Positions 39,175-53,310 of a DNA stretch of 64,000 nucleotides are shown piece after piece. The DNA comes from Eledone cirrhosa (lineage: Eukaryota), in assembly GCA_964016885.1 (NCBI GenBank), contig OZ024742.1, positions 206,398,001 to 206,462,000 on the forward strand, in the 5' to 3' direction. The position numbers were made by a program, and so were the translations under genes. Within the stretch, counting starts at the first letter, position 1. The number at the start of each line of letters is the position of its first letter. The notes below the pieces were generated by a model. That model saw only the letters and a program-made list of their open reading frames with translations, was not told the origin of the DNA and made no database searches.

Positions 39175-39646
39175 CATGTTCGATATGTGGGAAAGGAACT
39201 GACATAAATTCCATAAAATGTATGAAATGCAGATCTTGGGTACACAAGAGATGTAGTGGGATAGCAGGCAAACTAACAGGTAGGGAAAACTATGTATGCA
39301 GTAGATGTACAGGGAAAGTTGACAGTAGTAATCGCAGTGATAGACACATTTTTCCAATGCAAGTGGGTTCTATAGAAGTGGTTGATAGGTTTCGGTACCT
39401 AGGTGATCAGATTAGCATGGGAGGGGGGGTCCGGGGCCATAGTATCTAGAATAAGGACGGGTTGGAAGAAGTTTAGGGAGCTGCTTCCTTTGTTGACAAA
39501 GAAGGGTTTCTCCCTGCGTACGAAAGGACGGTTATATGATGCCTGTGTGAGATGCGTGATGCTGCATGGTAGTGAGACATGGGCAGCAACTGCAGAGGAT
39601 ATGTGATGGCTGGAGAGAAATGAATCAAGTATGCTCCGTTGGATGT
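39175..39646 (+). repeat. 472 bp exact duplicate of RTE segment 41375-41846
   Basis: Constant 2200 bp offset and shared inactivating lesions. Confidence 0.9.
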
Positions 39647-40221
39647 ATAGAAAAATATAAAAATATTAAAAATATGAAAAAATACAATTTCTGGTTTCTA
39701 TTCCCCTTCCACAATCATCAAATCTCTCACTGGTACTGCTAAGCTATAGAAAAATTTAATAAGTGGGACATATATATATGTATGTATATACATATGCACA
39801 CATGATACACATCTCTGAAGTACAAAGGCCAACCATCCATGCATCAAAATGAATGCTACATGTTTTAGGTGAAAAAAAAAAAAAGATTTAGATATTTTGG
39901 AAAAGGTTGATGTAACTATGATTTGCTGTATGTGTAATTTGTACCAGAAGACTGGACTGACTTTGTTTGAGATGCAAAAATGGCTGAGGAAATCAAATGC
40001 CGTTTAAACTAGTCTACTTTGGAATGCATTTCAAGAGGCAATATGATATTTGAGGTGGGACTCAACAAAGCAGATTTGGTGAAAAAAGGTCAAATTTAAG
40101 AACTGCTATTATTCTCAGGGAATGCCAATAAATCTAAATTACTTTTCACTCAACTAATCAAAATTCTGAAGGGTGAATGATGTGTTTGCTGATAGCTGCT
40201 ACATATATTATATTACTGGTA

Positions 40222-42228
40222 CATCAGGTGTACTTAGCATGCAGGGATGCTGAGAGTAGGAGGTTTGCCAATGTCCTGCAACGGGAAGATCAGAGACGTG
40301 CGGTGTTCCACATTGCAAGGCAGTGTGTCAGTGCAAATCAGGATGTTGTTGGAGATAAGTGTGTCCGGAATAATGCTGGTGTACTTAGTGTCACAAAGGA
40401 TAAAAAAAAGGAGGCCTGGAAATGTCACTATGAGAGACTGATGAATATGGAGAATGAATGGGACAGAGAGAAATTACCCCCAGTAGACCCAACAGAGGGA
40501 GCAGCTATTGAGATTGATGAATATAGGATACAAGAGGCAATTAAAGAGATGAAGAATGGTAAGGCTGCTGGACCATCAGGGATAGTTGCTGAGATGCTGA
40601 AGGCATCAGGTGAAGTAGGCATTAAACTGGTTGCACGCATCATCAATCAAGTTATATATGGTGGTGTCATACCCAAAGACTGGTGCAACAGTATTCTCAT
40701 AAATTGCGACAAAGGTAAAGGGGATGCTCTGGAGAGGAGCAATTATAGGGGCATAAAGCAGATGGATCAAGTTATGAAAGTGGCAGAGAAAATATTAGTG
40801 CAACTGATTAGAGAAGGGGTCAAATTAGATGAGATACAGTTTGGTTTTGTGCCTTGGCAAAGTACAACAGATGCCCTATTCTTAGTGAGGCAACTACAAG
40901 AGAAGAATAAGCCACTATACTTAACTTTTGTTGACCTAGAGAAGGCCTTTGATAGGGTACCCGATCTGTCATCTAGTGGTCCCTAAGGAAACTAGGTGTA
41001 GAGGAATGGGCTGTGAGGGCAGTGCAAGCTCTGTACAGGGGTTCTGTCAGTAAAGTGAGAGTAGGTATGGAGTTTAGTGGGGAATTCCAGATACAAGTAG
41101 GTGTACATCAAGGTTCGCTCCTCAGCCCACTCTTGTTCATTATAGTCCTCCAAGCCATAACAGAGGAGTTTAAGACTGGATACTGGATGCCCGTGGGAAC
41201 TTCTCTATGCTGATGATCTGGCTCTTATAGCAGAATCAGTAGAGGAGCTAGAGAATAAATTCTGGCTATGGAAACAGCAGTTGGAATCAAGAGGACTGAG
41301 AGTGAACCTAGCTAAGACAAAAGTGTTGATAAGTAGAAGAGAGAACAATATTCCAATTCCATCAGGGAAATGGCCATGTTCGATATGTGGGAAAGGAACT
41401 GACATAAATTCCATAAAATGTATGAAATGCAGATCTTGGGTACACAAGAGATGTAGTGGGATAGCAGGCAAACTAACAGGTAGGGAAAACTATGTATGCA
41501 GTAGATGTACAGGGAAAGTTGACAGTAGTAATCGCAGTGATAGACACATTTTTCCAATGCAAGTGGGTTCTATAGAAGTGGTTGATAGGTTTCGGTACCT
41601 AGGTGATCAGATTAGCATGGGAGGGGGGGTCCGGGGCCATAGTATCTAGAATAAGGACGGGTTGGAAGAAGTTTAGGGAGCTGCTTCCTTTGTTGACAAA
41701 GAAGGGTTTCTCCCTGCGTACGAAAGGACGGTTATATGATGCCTGTGTGAGATGCGTGATGCTGCATGGTAGTGAGACATGGGCAGCAACTGCAGAGGAT
41801 ATGTGATGGCTGGAGAGAAATGAATCAAGTATGCTCCGTTGGATGTGCAATGTCAATGTGCATGAACGACCAAGCATAGATGAGTTGAGAAAGAAACTGG
41901 GTATAAGAGGGATAAGTTGCAGTGTGCAGGAGAGAAGGCTGAGATGGTATGGACATGTGATGCGCATGAAGGATGACCGCTGGGTAAAGAAGTGCCAAGA
42001 AATCCCAGTAGAAGGAAGACGCAGTAGAGGTAGACCCTGTAAAACATGGGCGGAGGTGGTGAGAACAGACCTCGGATTGCTGAAACTCACCGAGGAGATG
42101 ACGAAGGACTGTGACAAGTGGAGAGATGCTGTGCTGAATAGGACCCATCCAACCGTTGCAAGCAGGAAAAAGTGGATGAAAAATTATGATGATGATGATG
42201 ATGATAATGATGATGATGATAATGATGG
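40222..42228 (+). mobile_element. RTE LINE (RT + PHD-like finger), 5'-truncated copy 3
   Basis: Frames 40177-40986, 41013-41213, 41281-41649 and 41831-42286; (GAT)n tail. Confidence 0.9.
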
Positions 42229-42836
42229 TATGTATTTTATATTGATGCAAGAAAGTAGCATCAAATCTAATAGGATTTTAACTTAGAATGATGGGGCCAC
42301 CAAAAGTATAACTTCTTCTTCTTTTCAACCCACTTATTTCTGAAAGAATTGTTGGTAAGTTCTCTCAGAAGCAACTGTTCCTAAGTGAGACCAGCCAGCA
42401 AGCTGATGGATGTCATCCCACCATCTTGTTCGGGGTCTCCTTCTGATTAGTTTACCCATATAATCTGTTCAGCAATTCTTTCCTTAGACATTCTAACCTC
42501 ATGTCCATAATATTGGAGATGTGGTCTCTCAATTCTCAATTCTATTATCCTTAATAATTCAAAATAACTGATAACTACAATTTATTTAACTGAATGTGGA
42601 AGGAGAAAAGATAAAATAGTTGTTTTGTATTCGAGTTTAGAACTGTGAGATATTTAGTTTTAGGTACTACTTTAGAAATATGTAGTTAGGCTATCTGAAA
42701 TATTTGCCATCTACCCCATCCTTAACCCTTTCATTACTATATTTCAAATGAAAACACTGTTGATGATTTTCAAATAATTTTAAAAATAATTCAGAATTTG
42801 AAGGGATTTAGCAAAATAAACTTATTTCATTATTAA

Positions 42837-43036
42837 CCCTTTAAACTGGTTGTATCTGGCCAGAATTATCTCACTTCTTTCTTTTTAAACTGGCTGTGAC
42901 TGGCCACTCATACTGTTAAGGTATTGTTCTCAAAATAAATAATATCAAAATCTCATAGATTCGATATTATATGGTAATTACGTAAGGTAAAGCCTTTATT
43001 ACCGTGAAAATATAATAGTAAATATTGAGTAATGGG
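42837..43036. mobile_element. piggyBac-type MITE (family of 38954-39158, opposite orientation)
   Basis: TTAA|ccc...ggg|TTAA; internal sequence is similar to the reverse complement of 38954-39158. Confidence 0.7.
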
Positions 43037-43213
43037 TTAAGCTGCTAGTTAGAACATAATGAAAGAAATTTTTTTTTTACCTTCAATTTTCTATACTGGT
43101 ATGGGTTGTATAGGATATTTTAAGACAATATTTTACAGCCAGATGCCCTTCTCATACCAATATTTTGAAGATTCTTACTTAAAATTATAAATGAATTTTT
43201 TTAAATATGTATA

Positions 43214-43663
43214 TCTATATTACTAAAACAGAGAATGTCTGTTTGTCTGTCTGTACAATCACTAGAACTCGAGAACCACCCAACCAATTGTTTTCAAACT
43301 TTACACATGTAATATTTATGGTCCTATTGAGTGTTCTGAGCCAAAAGATTTTCAAATTTTCAATGCCCTAGGGACTGCATTAGGTGATTTAGCGATCTCT
43401 TTCTCTCTCTTTTTAGATAGATACATAGATATTACGCTGTGCGTTTATAATATATGTCTGTATGCCTGGCTGTCTGCATTACGTCATTATGACGCGGTGT
43501 GTGTGCGTATATGTATATATAGTGTGTGTATATATATATATATATATAGTGTGTAACGTTTTTCAAAATATTTACTTCTGCGTTCACAGATTTATTATTT
43601 TAGTTTCAGAAGATCCCGTTAAGGGTGAAAGCAGCGATTCTTTGCTTAAACTTTAATCTGTTA

Positions 43664-43699
<36 letters not shown>

Positions 43700-43705
43700 T
43701 AACAG

Positions 43706-43743
<38 letters not shown>

Positions 43744-44099
43744 TAACAGATTATATATATATATAATTATATATTCATGTACAGATATTTTTGCATACAG
43801 ATATTAACAAATGTATTTATTTCGCGATAAAGTATTGATTTTCTTCAAACGTAAAAAAACCCTGGTAATGTACGACGAACTTGTTTTATAAGCACAACAT
43901 GTAGACACCAACCCGAGGCCGAGGTATTCCGTACTTCTCTGTACTGTTATTTATATATTTGTGTACATATATTTTTGCATACATAATAACAAAATATAAA
44001 CAAACGTATTTACTTCACGAGGCTCGAGAAGGATAAATATATATCAAATATATAAGAACCCTAGAGAAAATGCTGAGCAACGCCGGGCCATTTTGCTAG
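43214..44099 (+). mobile_element. Non-autonomous Helitron
   Basis: A|TCTATATTAC start, (TGTC)n near the 5' end, and gagcaacgccgggcc...CTAG|T end. Confidence 0.78.
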
Positions 44100-46129
44100 T
44101 AAACACCTAAATATATTTTGTATTGTAGAACCAGAGGTCTTTTCAAGCAGTTTGGTATCGAAAAGGTTAATAATCTTAATATCAATGAAAGTTTAAACTG
44201 TTATTACTAAGAATTTTTTGAAACCTTGAAGAATGTCATATGGGCAAATAAATTCACCCATATGTGGTGAAAACTATGCATAAACTTGAGAAAATCTGAG
44301 ATATATGTACGATATAAATAAATGGAGTTTAAATGATATAAATAAATGACTTCAATGATGTGAAAAGAGAGAACTTGATGAAAAATTGTAGTAAATTAAT
44401 AGTAGCCAAAATCAATATTAGTCATTAAATGTAGGCTGATAAGGTTGTGATAACTGATCTAAAAGAATCAGGATCAATAGTTCTTTTTTACTCTTTAGTC
44501 AGAGAGGATACAGCTGTATTTGGGGCCCTTTTCAGGGCATTTTAGACAGGTGGTGGAGAAGGCAGTTATCCTCCAGTCAGGAAGCTAGTTTGAATATTTG
44601 CAACAGAGTGGGTTCTGCTAAAGGCATCAAAGAGCTAGGTGGTGGTGTTTAACCAGGTGATAGACTAAATGTACTAAGTTGACAATAGAAGGATTTTGAA
44701 CTCAGAATACAAAGAGCCAGAACAAATACCACTAGGTATCACATTTGATGCTCTAACAATTTTCTCAATTCACCAATATAGACTGGCACTTTGTTGAAAT
44801 GGTATATTCAAACAGCAAATAAAAACTATATATTCAAGATAGGATTGAAGTAAAGATGTAGTGAAATGAATTCGCCAGAACTATGTGGCAATATAAACTT
44901 GATGCTACAGAGATGAGAATACATTCATAAAGGTGCACTTTATACTTCAATTAAAAAAAAAATTTAATAGAAAAAGAAATAAATAATTGAGAAGAAAGAA
45001 TAGAAAGTAAAATAAGAAAATATAAAAAGAAAATGGAAAAAGGGAGGGAAAGGCAAGGGCTCTAGTGTCACAGAAAAGTGGGGAAGGGTAAGGGGAAGTT
45101 GAAGGGCTCTAGGCCTAGGGCACTGCGGTAATGGTACTGTGCCCCATGGACAAGACCCGCAAAAGCATTCCTGTGAACAATAGCCACGACACCCACCCCG
45201 TAGGGCTCCTTTCTTGGGATGCTGAAAGCTGGTTCTACTGCCTACAATGCTAAACTACATAACTTCTATGTCATCTAATAAAAGATAAGTAGATTAAACC
45301 ATTGAAATAACAATGGCAAAGATGTCTAATTCGCATTAACATTGAACGTGAAATGTAAATATTTGTGTTGTCTGAAACATTGGTTGTTATTTACTGCTGA
45401 AGTTATAAGGGTTCTTGAAAAGAATTTGTATTTCAACTGTCAATCCAACAAATAAAGTTTTTTTAAATGTTTATTTATTAACTGAATTTAAATTTGTTTG
45501 AAAATTCTTTTAAAGAATTTTATTTTCATTTTGAGTAAAGCAAAAAATGTTCATAGATTCCAAATATTTCACAAGCAGTTTCTGAAAAAGTGAGAATTTT
45601 TCACATGACTTCCTAGAGGGGCTGTTCTTTTGACAATTGCCATCATTCAGCAGCAGGGGTAGAAGTTTAGTTGAACTGAAAACTAGGCGATTGAGATCTC
45701 AGAGGTAGGACCAGTCAAGCAAATACTTGTTTTTCCTTTCTTTGCTCTCTTTATAAATGGTTTTTCTCTTCCAGGATGTCTTTTCAAAAGTCACCCTATT
45801 TTAATATAGTTACAATCTGCTCATGAAGAAAATGACATAACCACTCTCACTTTGGGGCAACAAAGAAAAAGAAAATTAAAGAAATGAAAAATAATAATAA
45901 AGAAGCCCAAAAAAAAAAGAAAAAAGAAGAAAAGTAAACAGTCATAGTATAACTGAAAAGCTGTTTGTTTTCTTCTAACTTAATCCTTACATATTTATCA
46001 CTCTCGGAAATCATTCAGTAGGCTGCTTCCCATAAATTCGACTCCAAGCTGTGAGATGGAGTTAACATATTTTTTAGGGTTTATCACTCCTAACTGCTTT
46101 ATTTAGATACATACACTTTGGGTTAAAAT

Positions 46130-46162
46130 AATGATTTCTAGTATAGGCACAAGGCCAGTAAT

Positions 46163-46194
<32 letters not shown>

Positions 46195-46367
46195 CGAAAG
46201 TCGATTAAATCGACCCAGTACATTACTGGTGCTTTATTTCATCGACCCCATAAGGATGAAAGGCAAAGTTAACCTCAGCGGGATTTGAACACAGACTAAA
46301 GGGCTGTAAGTCTATGCTGCAGAGCATGGTGTCCGACTCTCTACCGATACTACCAATCCACTGCCCT
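46130..46367 (-). mobile_element. SINE family A
   Basis: Similar to 284-471. A diverged + copy lies at ~46540-46755. Confidence 0.8.
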
Positions 46368-49300
46368 ACTTTGATTTAAAATAATAAAACTTGTTTTTCT
46401 CTCAGGTTGAACTATACTGACTGTATCATTGAGATATTTGTATTTGGTCAAATTAAAAAAAAGAAAAATTCAAAATCTGAGAATTTTAAATCTAAGTTCA
46501 ATCATAGTTACCAGTAGAAATTCAATTTCTTCTGGTCAATAGAATTGGCAATATCAGTAGAGAGTTGGACAACATGCTTTGTGGCATATAGTTAAAGCCC
46601 TTTACATTCTGAGTTGAAATTCTTTTGAGGTTAGCATTGCCTTTTATCCTTACATGGTTGATCAAATAAAATACCAGTAATGTACTACAGTTGATTTACT
46701 CAAATTTTCTCTCTCCTTCAAAATGCTGGCCTTGTGTCAAATGTAGAAAGAATTATTGACTCATTTCTTTTCAGTATCTCATGATGTTACAAAAGCAAGC
46801 TACAGCAAACGATTGGCTTAGTGACTCGGGCCTTAAGGTTTACACATGAAATTAGTGAGTTATGAAATACTTATGACCCAGATATTATAAGCATATACAG
46901 CCTGGCTTGAATTTGGTGGGAAAGTGTTCAGATAGACGAATTGGGTACATCAACAGAGACCAGAGAGTTGAAATCTCTGGTATTTAGATTAAACTTCAGA
47001 TTCTTAAGTCTAACTAATAAAATGGTGCTTTGTAAGGGTGCAAGTAAGTATTCTCTTGGGGATAAACTCAGTCTTTGTAAGTTAAACTGATAGTGATGAT
47101 GATTATGATATATTCTCTTATTTTTCACTTATCCCTGTTACCTATTAACTCAATAATGGCAGGCTGTAGCTCATTGTAGTTTTCAAAGTATGAAATAGCT
47201 GAGAAACATCTCTTATGGGTAGGACACTTGGCAATTGCAAATTTTGCTCATAGAGAGGGAATAAGCTCAACACTGCAATATAATGAATATATAGAGTTCC
47301 TAATGTTTGTAACAGTGAGCTGCACTTTACCATATGACCTTCTATGTATACTAAACCAATGTGAGTTAGGAACGGTATATTTAAACAGATTCTTTGTAAC
47401 TTTGTCAGAAGGGAAAGTGCAGCAGCGCCTATGGTAAATTTCAGACTTGACTTGAATGTTTGCAACATGGCTACTCAATTAAAGGTACTCAAGGTCTAGG
47501 TAGCAGTGTTATTCTTGTCATGGATTATGTTTACTTTCCAGCAATTTGGTTGAGTTGTTAGAGTATATATTTGTCTCTGCATTTTCAATTCTCACTGAGG
47601 TCGACTTTGCCTTTCATTCTTTTCAAGTTAATAAAATAGAATAGCAGTCCAAGGTGGTGGATTGGCAGAATTGTTAGTGTTGGATAAGATATGCCCCTTT
47701 GTGTTCTGAGTTCAAATTCTACAGTTGCCTACTTGGGCAGTAGACTTAATCCACTGTCCAGTTTAAGACCACTACTTTGCTTTGGATATCTTTATCAGAG
47801 TTCATGCTCTGGTAATCATTCAGACCACGTCTTCAGTTTGAAGATACTTTCCTTCAACCTACTCATCTTGGAGGCCCCAAAAAAAGATCATGAGCGAAGC
47901 TCTTCTCTCCATAAAAAAAAATGAACATCTGTTGGGTTTTTGCAATATTTCTGTATACCAAATTTTACTTCCAAAGATTTAGTTGAGCTTAAACTACGGT
48001 GTAAGACAATGGGCTGGAACCTAGAACGATGTAGTTGTGAGTGAATATTTCAACTGCATAGTCATGCCTGCAGCAACTGAACTCTTTTTGCCAGTCACTG
48101 ATTATATATTTATTGTATAATATTTATATATCTTCATATATCTTATATGTTGTAATCCATTTTCCTGCACAAAAGCAGTTCATCAAAGGTATTGAGCTTT
48201 CAAGTGGTGAAATGGGTTATATCATATAAAACATATGTTCATATATAATGTTTGGATGATAAGCTAAACACAAACTAATCATTACCAGCCTTGCCCAGAT
48301 TTATAAATATCTAAAATAAATATAGTCTCAAGAATTTACTAGATTTAGATAAATTGCTTTAAAAAGATGCTGACAATTCCCAGTTCATTTGGGAATATTG
48401 ATTCCGTCAGGATTGTTGCATCAAGGCAATGAAGAAGATGGTTTAAGTTAATTTCATAAAAATGCCTCTCCAACTAAAAACTCATAAAACTTAAAATATA
48501 ATTCTACACTTGCTTTATTTTTTTATTTTCTCAGAAAACATTTTCAATCAGTTAATTTTTCCAATGTTCTATAACAATGCTTGGGGTATACAATATTGTT
48601 AGTTTTTCTGTCTGGAGCTAAAAATAACAAATTTCAGATAAAACTCAATTAACATATGGCCTTCTTCTTTTACTTACTTTTGAATCTTTTTCATATATGG
48701 CATTTGTGTTTACATAAAAAAATGTTAATGCATATAAATATGTATTATTGTTTGTGCTCTCCTAGACCTGTCTTCAAAAGATAACCCAAGTATGCTGATT
48801 TCATAAATACATAAAATACTTTGATGATTAAATGAAATATGCATGCTTTTATTTTTTAATTAAGATTAGATGTAAGTTGAAAGAACACATGAATAAATGA
48901 CGGATTACTTTGAGGAAGTATCTAGTCAAATTCCATCCTAGTTGTATTTCAATCATATTAGGTCTCACCAATTTCAATGTAGTCAAGATTATATATCTGG
49001 TGCAATGAAATAAAACAAAACAGATTATTGGTCTGTTGTTATGTAGCATATATAATCAGCTATATTATATAATATACTCTTCCTTTTGTATAATTTCATT
49101 CACACATAGGATGCATTCTAAGATTATAAAACTACCCAAGTATTTGTTAAAAAAGTTAAAGTCTGTCCCTTATCAGGTTGGAACTTATCCTAGTTTTATT
49201 GACATAGAACAACTGAGACTACATGAAGCCGACTGGACAGGATGCAAGGTTAATCCCCAGCTTCTGCAGGTACTCATTTTCTGCTGAGTTGACTGGAACA

Positions 49301-50004
49301 ATGTGAAATGAAGTCTCTTGCTCAAGAACACAACACACCACCTGGTACAAGAATCGAATCCAGAACATTATGATTGAAAGTTCAACTTCCTAACCACTAT
49401 TTTATCAACTCTGGAAGGGTGAATGGTGAAGTTGACTTCAATTAAAATTTGAATTCAGAATATAAAGAATTGTCACTAAATATCGCCAAACATTGTTTTA
49501 AGATTCTTCCAATTCACTACCAAGAAGACTTTTAGACAGACATTTGATTTATTGTTTAACCTTCAACATGCTGAATTATTTTTAATGAATTGGTTCCCTT
49601 GACACTGCATTATGTATTAAGGAGAGATTACTCTATTGGCATCATAAGGCGCCTAGAGCTGAAGATTAAAGTACTAACTCGGTTATATTTGAAATTTTAG
49701 ATAGACAACTGATTCAATGTTTGCATTGTTAGATTGGATTAGTTGTTTAATTAATATTGTTATTGTTGCTGGGGAGAACTAAGACAGCCTCATCAAGCAG
49801 ATTATGTATGGCATGTATGTAGATGATTATTGCTGTTGGTGTTGTGCATGCCCAGATCAACCCTAATCAGGTGGACTTAAGGCAGATAGTTAGGTGGTAT
49901 ATAACTCTTTTTGTTGTTGTGATTGTGGTGTTGGTATAGTCCCAGGTTAACCACTAAGCCTCACACCTCCACTTCACGCCAATCCAGTATTCTTCCATAA
50001 TAGT

Positions 50005-50850
50005 TCTTTCTAATATTGGCACACATCCAGCAATTCAAAGAAAGGGGCAAACCAAGTATATCAATTCTAGTATATGATTGGTACTTTATTTCATTCACTC
50101 TGGAAGGATGAAAGGCAATGATGACCTCAGCTGGATTTAAATTCAGAATGCAGAAAGTTGCAACTAAATGTTGCAAAGCATTTTGTCCGAATAATAATTG
50201 TTTCTACTATTGGCACAAGGCCAGCAATTACCCCAGTGTGTTACTGGTACTTTATTTTATTGACCACACAAGGATGAAAGGCAAAGTTAACTTCAGAGGG
50301 ATTTGAACTCAGATCATAAAGGGCCATAACTCTATGCTGCAAAGAATAGTGTCTGACGCTCTACTGATACTGCCAATCTACTGTCAATTTGTCTGAATAA
50401 TAATGGTTTCTGGTTTAGGCACAAGGCCAATAACTTTTGGGGAAAGGTAAGTCAATTAAATCAACTCCTTTATGTTACTGGTACTTTATATCATCAACCT
50501 TGTAAGGATGAAAAGCAAAGTTAACCTCAGCAGCATTTGAACTCAGAGCGTAAAGGGACATAGCTATATACTGCAAAGCATGTTGTCCAATGCTCTACTG
50601 ATACTGTTAATCCACTGCCCTTTATTATACCGAATAATAATAATTGTTTCTACATTAGGCATGAGGCCAATAATTTTGGGGGTGGGGAAATCGATTAAAC
50701 CGACCCCAGTGCATTACTGGTACTTTATTTTATTGAACCAGTAAGTCAAAGCTAACCTCGGTGGGATTTGAACTCAGACCATAAAGGGCCGTAACTCTAT
50801 GCTGCAAAGCATGGTATCCGACGCTCTACCGATACTGCCAATCCACCACC
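50005..50850 (-). mobile_element. Head-to-tail array of four SINE family A copies
   Basis: Copies at ~50005-50180, 50192-50385, 50400-50620 and 50640-50850, separated by aataataat. Confidence 0.85.
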
Positions 50851-51249
50851 CTAAATACCGAATAATAATAATGTTATTATTGTTATTGCTAGAGAAGCAA
50901 CACTGCCTATTTTTACAACATATTTTATTCTATTTGATCTATAAATGTGTGATATAAATTTGTGTGAAATTATGATCTGTTTGATACATTCAAAATGTAT
51001 TATTCATCATGGCTATCATTCTATCACCAAAAGAAAAAAAACCCCTCCATACTAGTATGTGTAAATGTCCAATGCCAATCACCAGTAAGATTTAATAGCT
51101 TTTGTATGAACAACATTGTATGAAATGTCATAGTTGTATGTATGTATGTTTCTCTTTCTCTTAAATTCGAGTACATCTTTGACCGGCCACCTTCCTGGTG
51201 GCAAGGTTGTAAAAGAAAAGAAATTGTCATCCGTTGAATTGCAAGAATG

Positions 51250-53310
51250 TTTTACAAATTTTGTAGGTGCCAGCTATCGTAGCCATTTGTAGTCTATGAA
51301 TAAGGGAGCTGTGCTATTTGTCCACAAATCCATGTTCAGTTATACTTTGGTCCAAGCGGGTTGGTATATAACCTGTAGCTCCAATAATGATGGGTATGAA
51401 GCTGAAAGGTGTATCTTGGATATTGGATCTGCAATGGTCCATAGATATCCCCCTTCTATTGTATTTTTCTTAGAACGTTGACATCAAGTGGGCAGCTGAT
51501 CTCTACAACTGAGCATGTTTTCAATGTGTGGACCCAAACAACAACATCACGCTGGTGCTGCTTTAATTTGGTGGCAGTTTTTATTTTCAGGTTCCACCAG
51601 TATTCTTTAGTGCCATCTATCTTAACATATTCCTCCTATTGGGCGGTAATTTTTAGCAAGGGTGGTCTGGCTATTTTTTATGGAGGCACATGGCTTAGTG
51701 CATTGACCCTGCAATCGAAAGGTTGTGAGTTCAATTCTCAGACCGGGTGATGTGTTGTTTCCTTGAGCAAGACACTTTATTTCACATTGCTCCAGTTTAC
51801 TCAGCTGTAGAAATGAGATGATAGGGACTGGGGTCCATATCATTCCACTGCAAAGTGGTCGTGGAAGTGCCACGGAAAAAAAGCACCCAGCACTCACTGT
51901 AAATGAGGTTGGTGTTAGGAAGGGCATCCAGCTGTAGAAATCAAGCCAGAATCAGTTCCCGTCCCACTCTTGCAAGCAGGGAAAAAGCGGACGTAAAATG
52001 AAATGATGATGATGATGAAGAGAGTAGTGGCAGTTGATAACCATTGGGGCAGTTCTTGTGTGCCTTTCATGGTTTCTCTAAACAGCCGTATGAGATCTTG
52101 CCAATAGAAGGTGAAATTCTTCAGCCAGTATCATATTATGAGGTCTGGGCCTGGTGATTTCCTATTTGACATTTTCAGCAGAGCTGTTTCCAGTATTGAC
52201 CCATCTATGTCATATTGGTTTGTTTGGACATGCTGGCAGTATTCCTATTCCAGTTCTTTTAGCCATTTAGTTTGTTAGCTAAATCCATCATTTGTTTCCC
52301 ATACAGATCTCCAGTAGCTTTCAACCTATTCTTTTGTAGGGGTGTCATTTTCAGAGATGGAGCCTTTCCCATTGAAGCTGCGATAAACTGATTTAGGATC
52401 TGTGGCAAATAATCTATTTAGCACTTGCCTTTTATGTGCTGTTGACTTTAGTCTTTCTGCTGCAGCTGTGAGTTATTGTTTCAACTGGTGAAGTTTGGAG
52501 TTTAGAGTTTTAAATCTCGTATCTCCAAATCGCCTCTCTAGTTTTTTTTCTTACATCTTCCTGATGTCGTGTGAAGTTGTTCTCTATGTTGCATTTTATA
52601 ACTAGTGATCTGTGAGATACTTCGTCTCAGGGACAAAATTTTGTTTTATAAATTATGCATCTACGTTGGTTCAGGCTTTCTGTTTGTATCTTGGTTGCGT
52701 GGTTTTAGTTGTTTATGATAGGATAGCAATGTGATAGCGGACACATATAACAAAATATTAAGCAATTCATATGTCGTTTCCACACCTTTGGATCGTGTGG
52801 TCTTCACATAATTGTCAGCTATTTCGTTTACTGCTTCCAATTCCAATTTAGTGGGTTCTTTACTGATTCTAACTTGTATGGTCTGTGTATCTCTTGAAAC
52901 ATATCTCATATCACTTGTAATGTGTCCACAAACTTTTGGTGTTCTGTTTGTACAGTAGAGTTAAAGATTTCAGCTACGTTGTTGGTGTGCTGTTTACTGC
53001 TAGATTCAGCTGACCATTCACTCAGTTCATCGGTGGAAGTGGGGTGGATGTCAGCTACGTTTTTGGTGAGTTGTTTACTGCTAGATTTAATGGAATGATT
53101 GTCTTCAATAGTATCACCCAGTTCCGTTAGATGTATCAATTTACTTCTAATGATATGTTTTTCCTGTTCATTTAAATGTTTTGGGGAAAAGTCTAATTAT
53201 GGGTGTTAGGAGTTTTACAAAGTTTTTAGCCTCTGCATAAAATCGAACTTTTGAGGGGGGAGGGATTGTTTGCATGGTTCATATAAATCTTTGTTGAGAT
53301 CGTAGCTCCA
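51250..53310 (-). mobile_element. R4/Dong-like LINE relic (RT N-terminal part and restriction-like endonuclease), interrupted by a SINE
   Basis: Minus-strand FATDPKSVYR and KSPGPD...WLK near 52100-52420. EYWWN...DVVVW...VEISCPLDVN...K...YGPL near 51370-51620 resembles the PD..D/E RLE domain. Confidence 0.6.
51683..52017 (+). mobile_element. SINE family B
   Basis: Near-identical to 35518-35867. Confidence 0.85.

Larger units (their letters stand above)
42726..44166. mobile_element. piggyBac-type MITE hosting nested insertions
   Basis: TTAA|ccctttcattac ... gtatcgaaaagg|TTAA; related to 27197-27832. Confidence 0.6.

Noticed and set aside
46928-47478. Short ORFs as possible host exons
   Set aside because: No recognisable motif and no consistent splice pattern.
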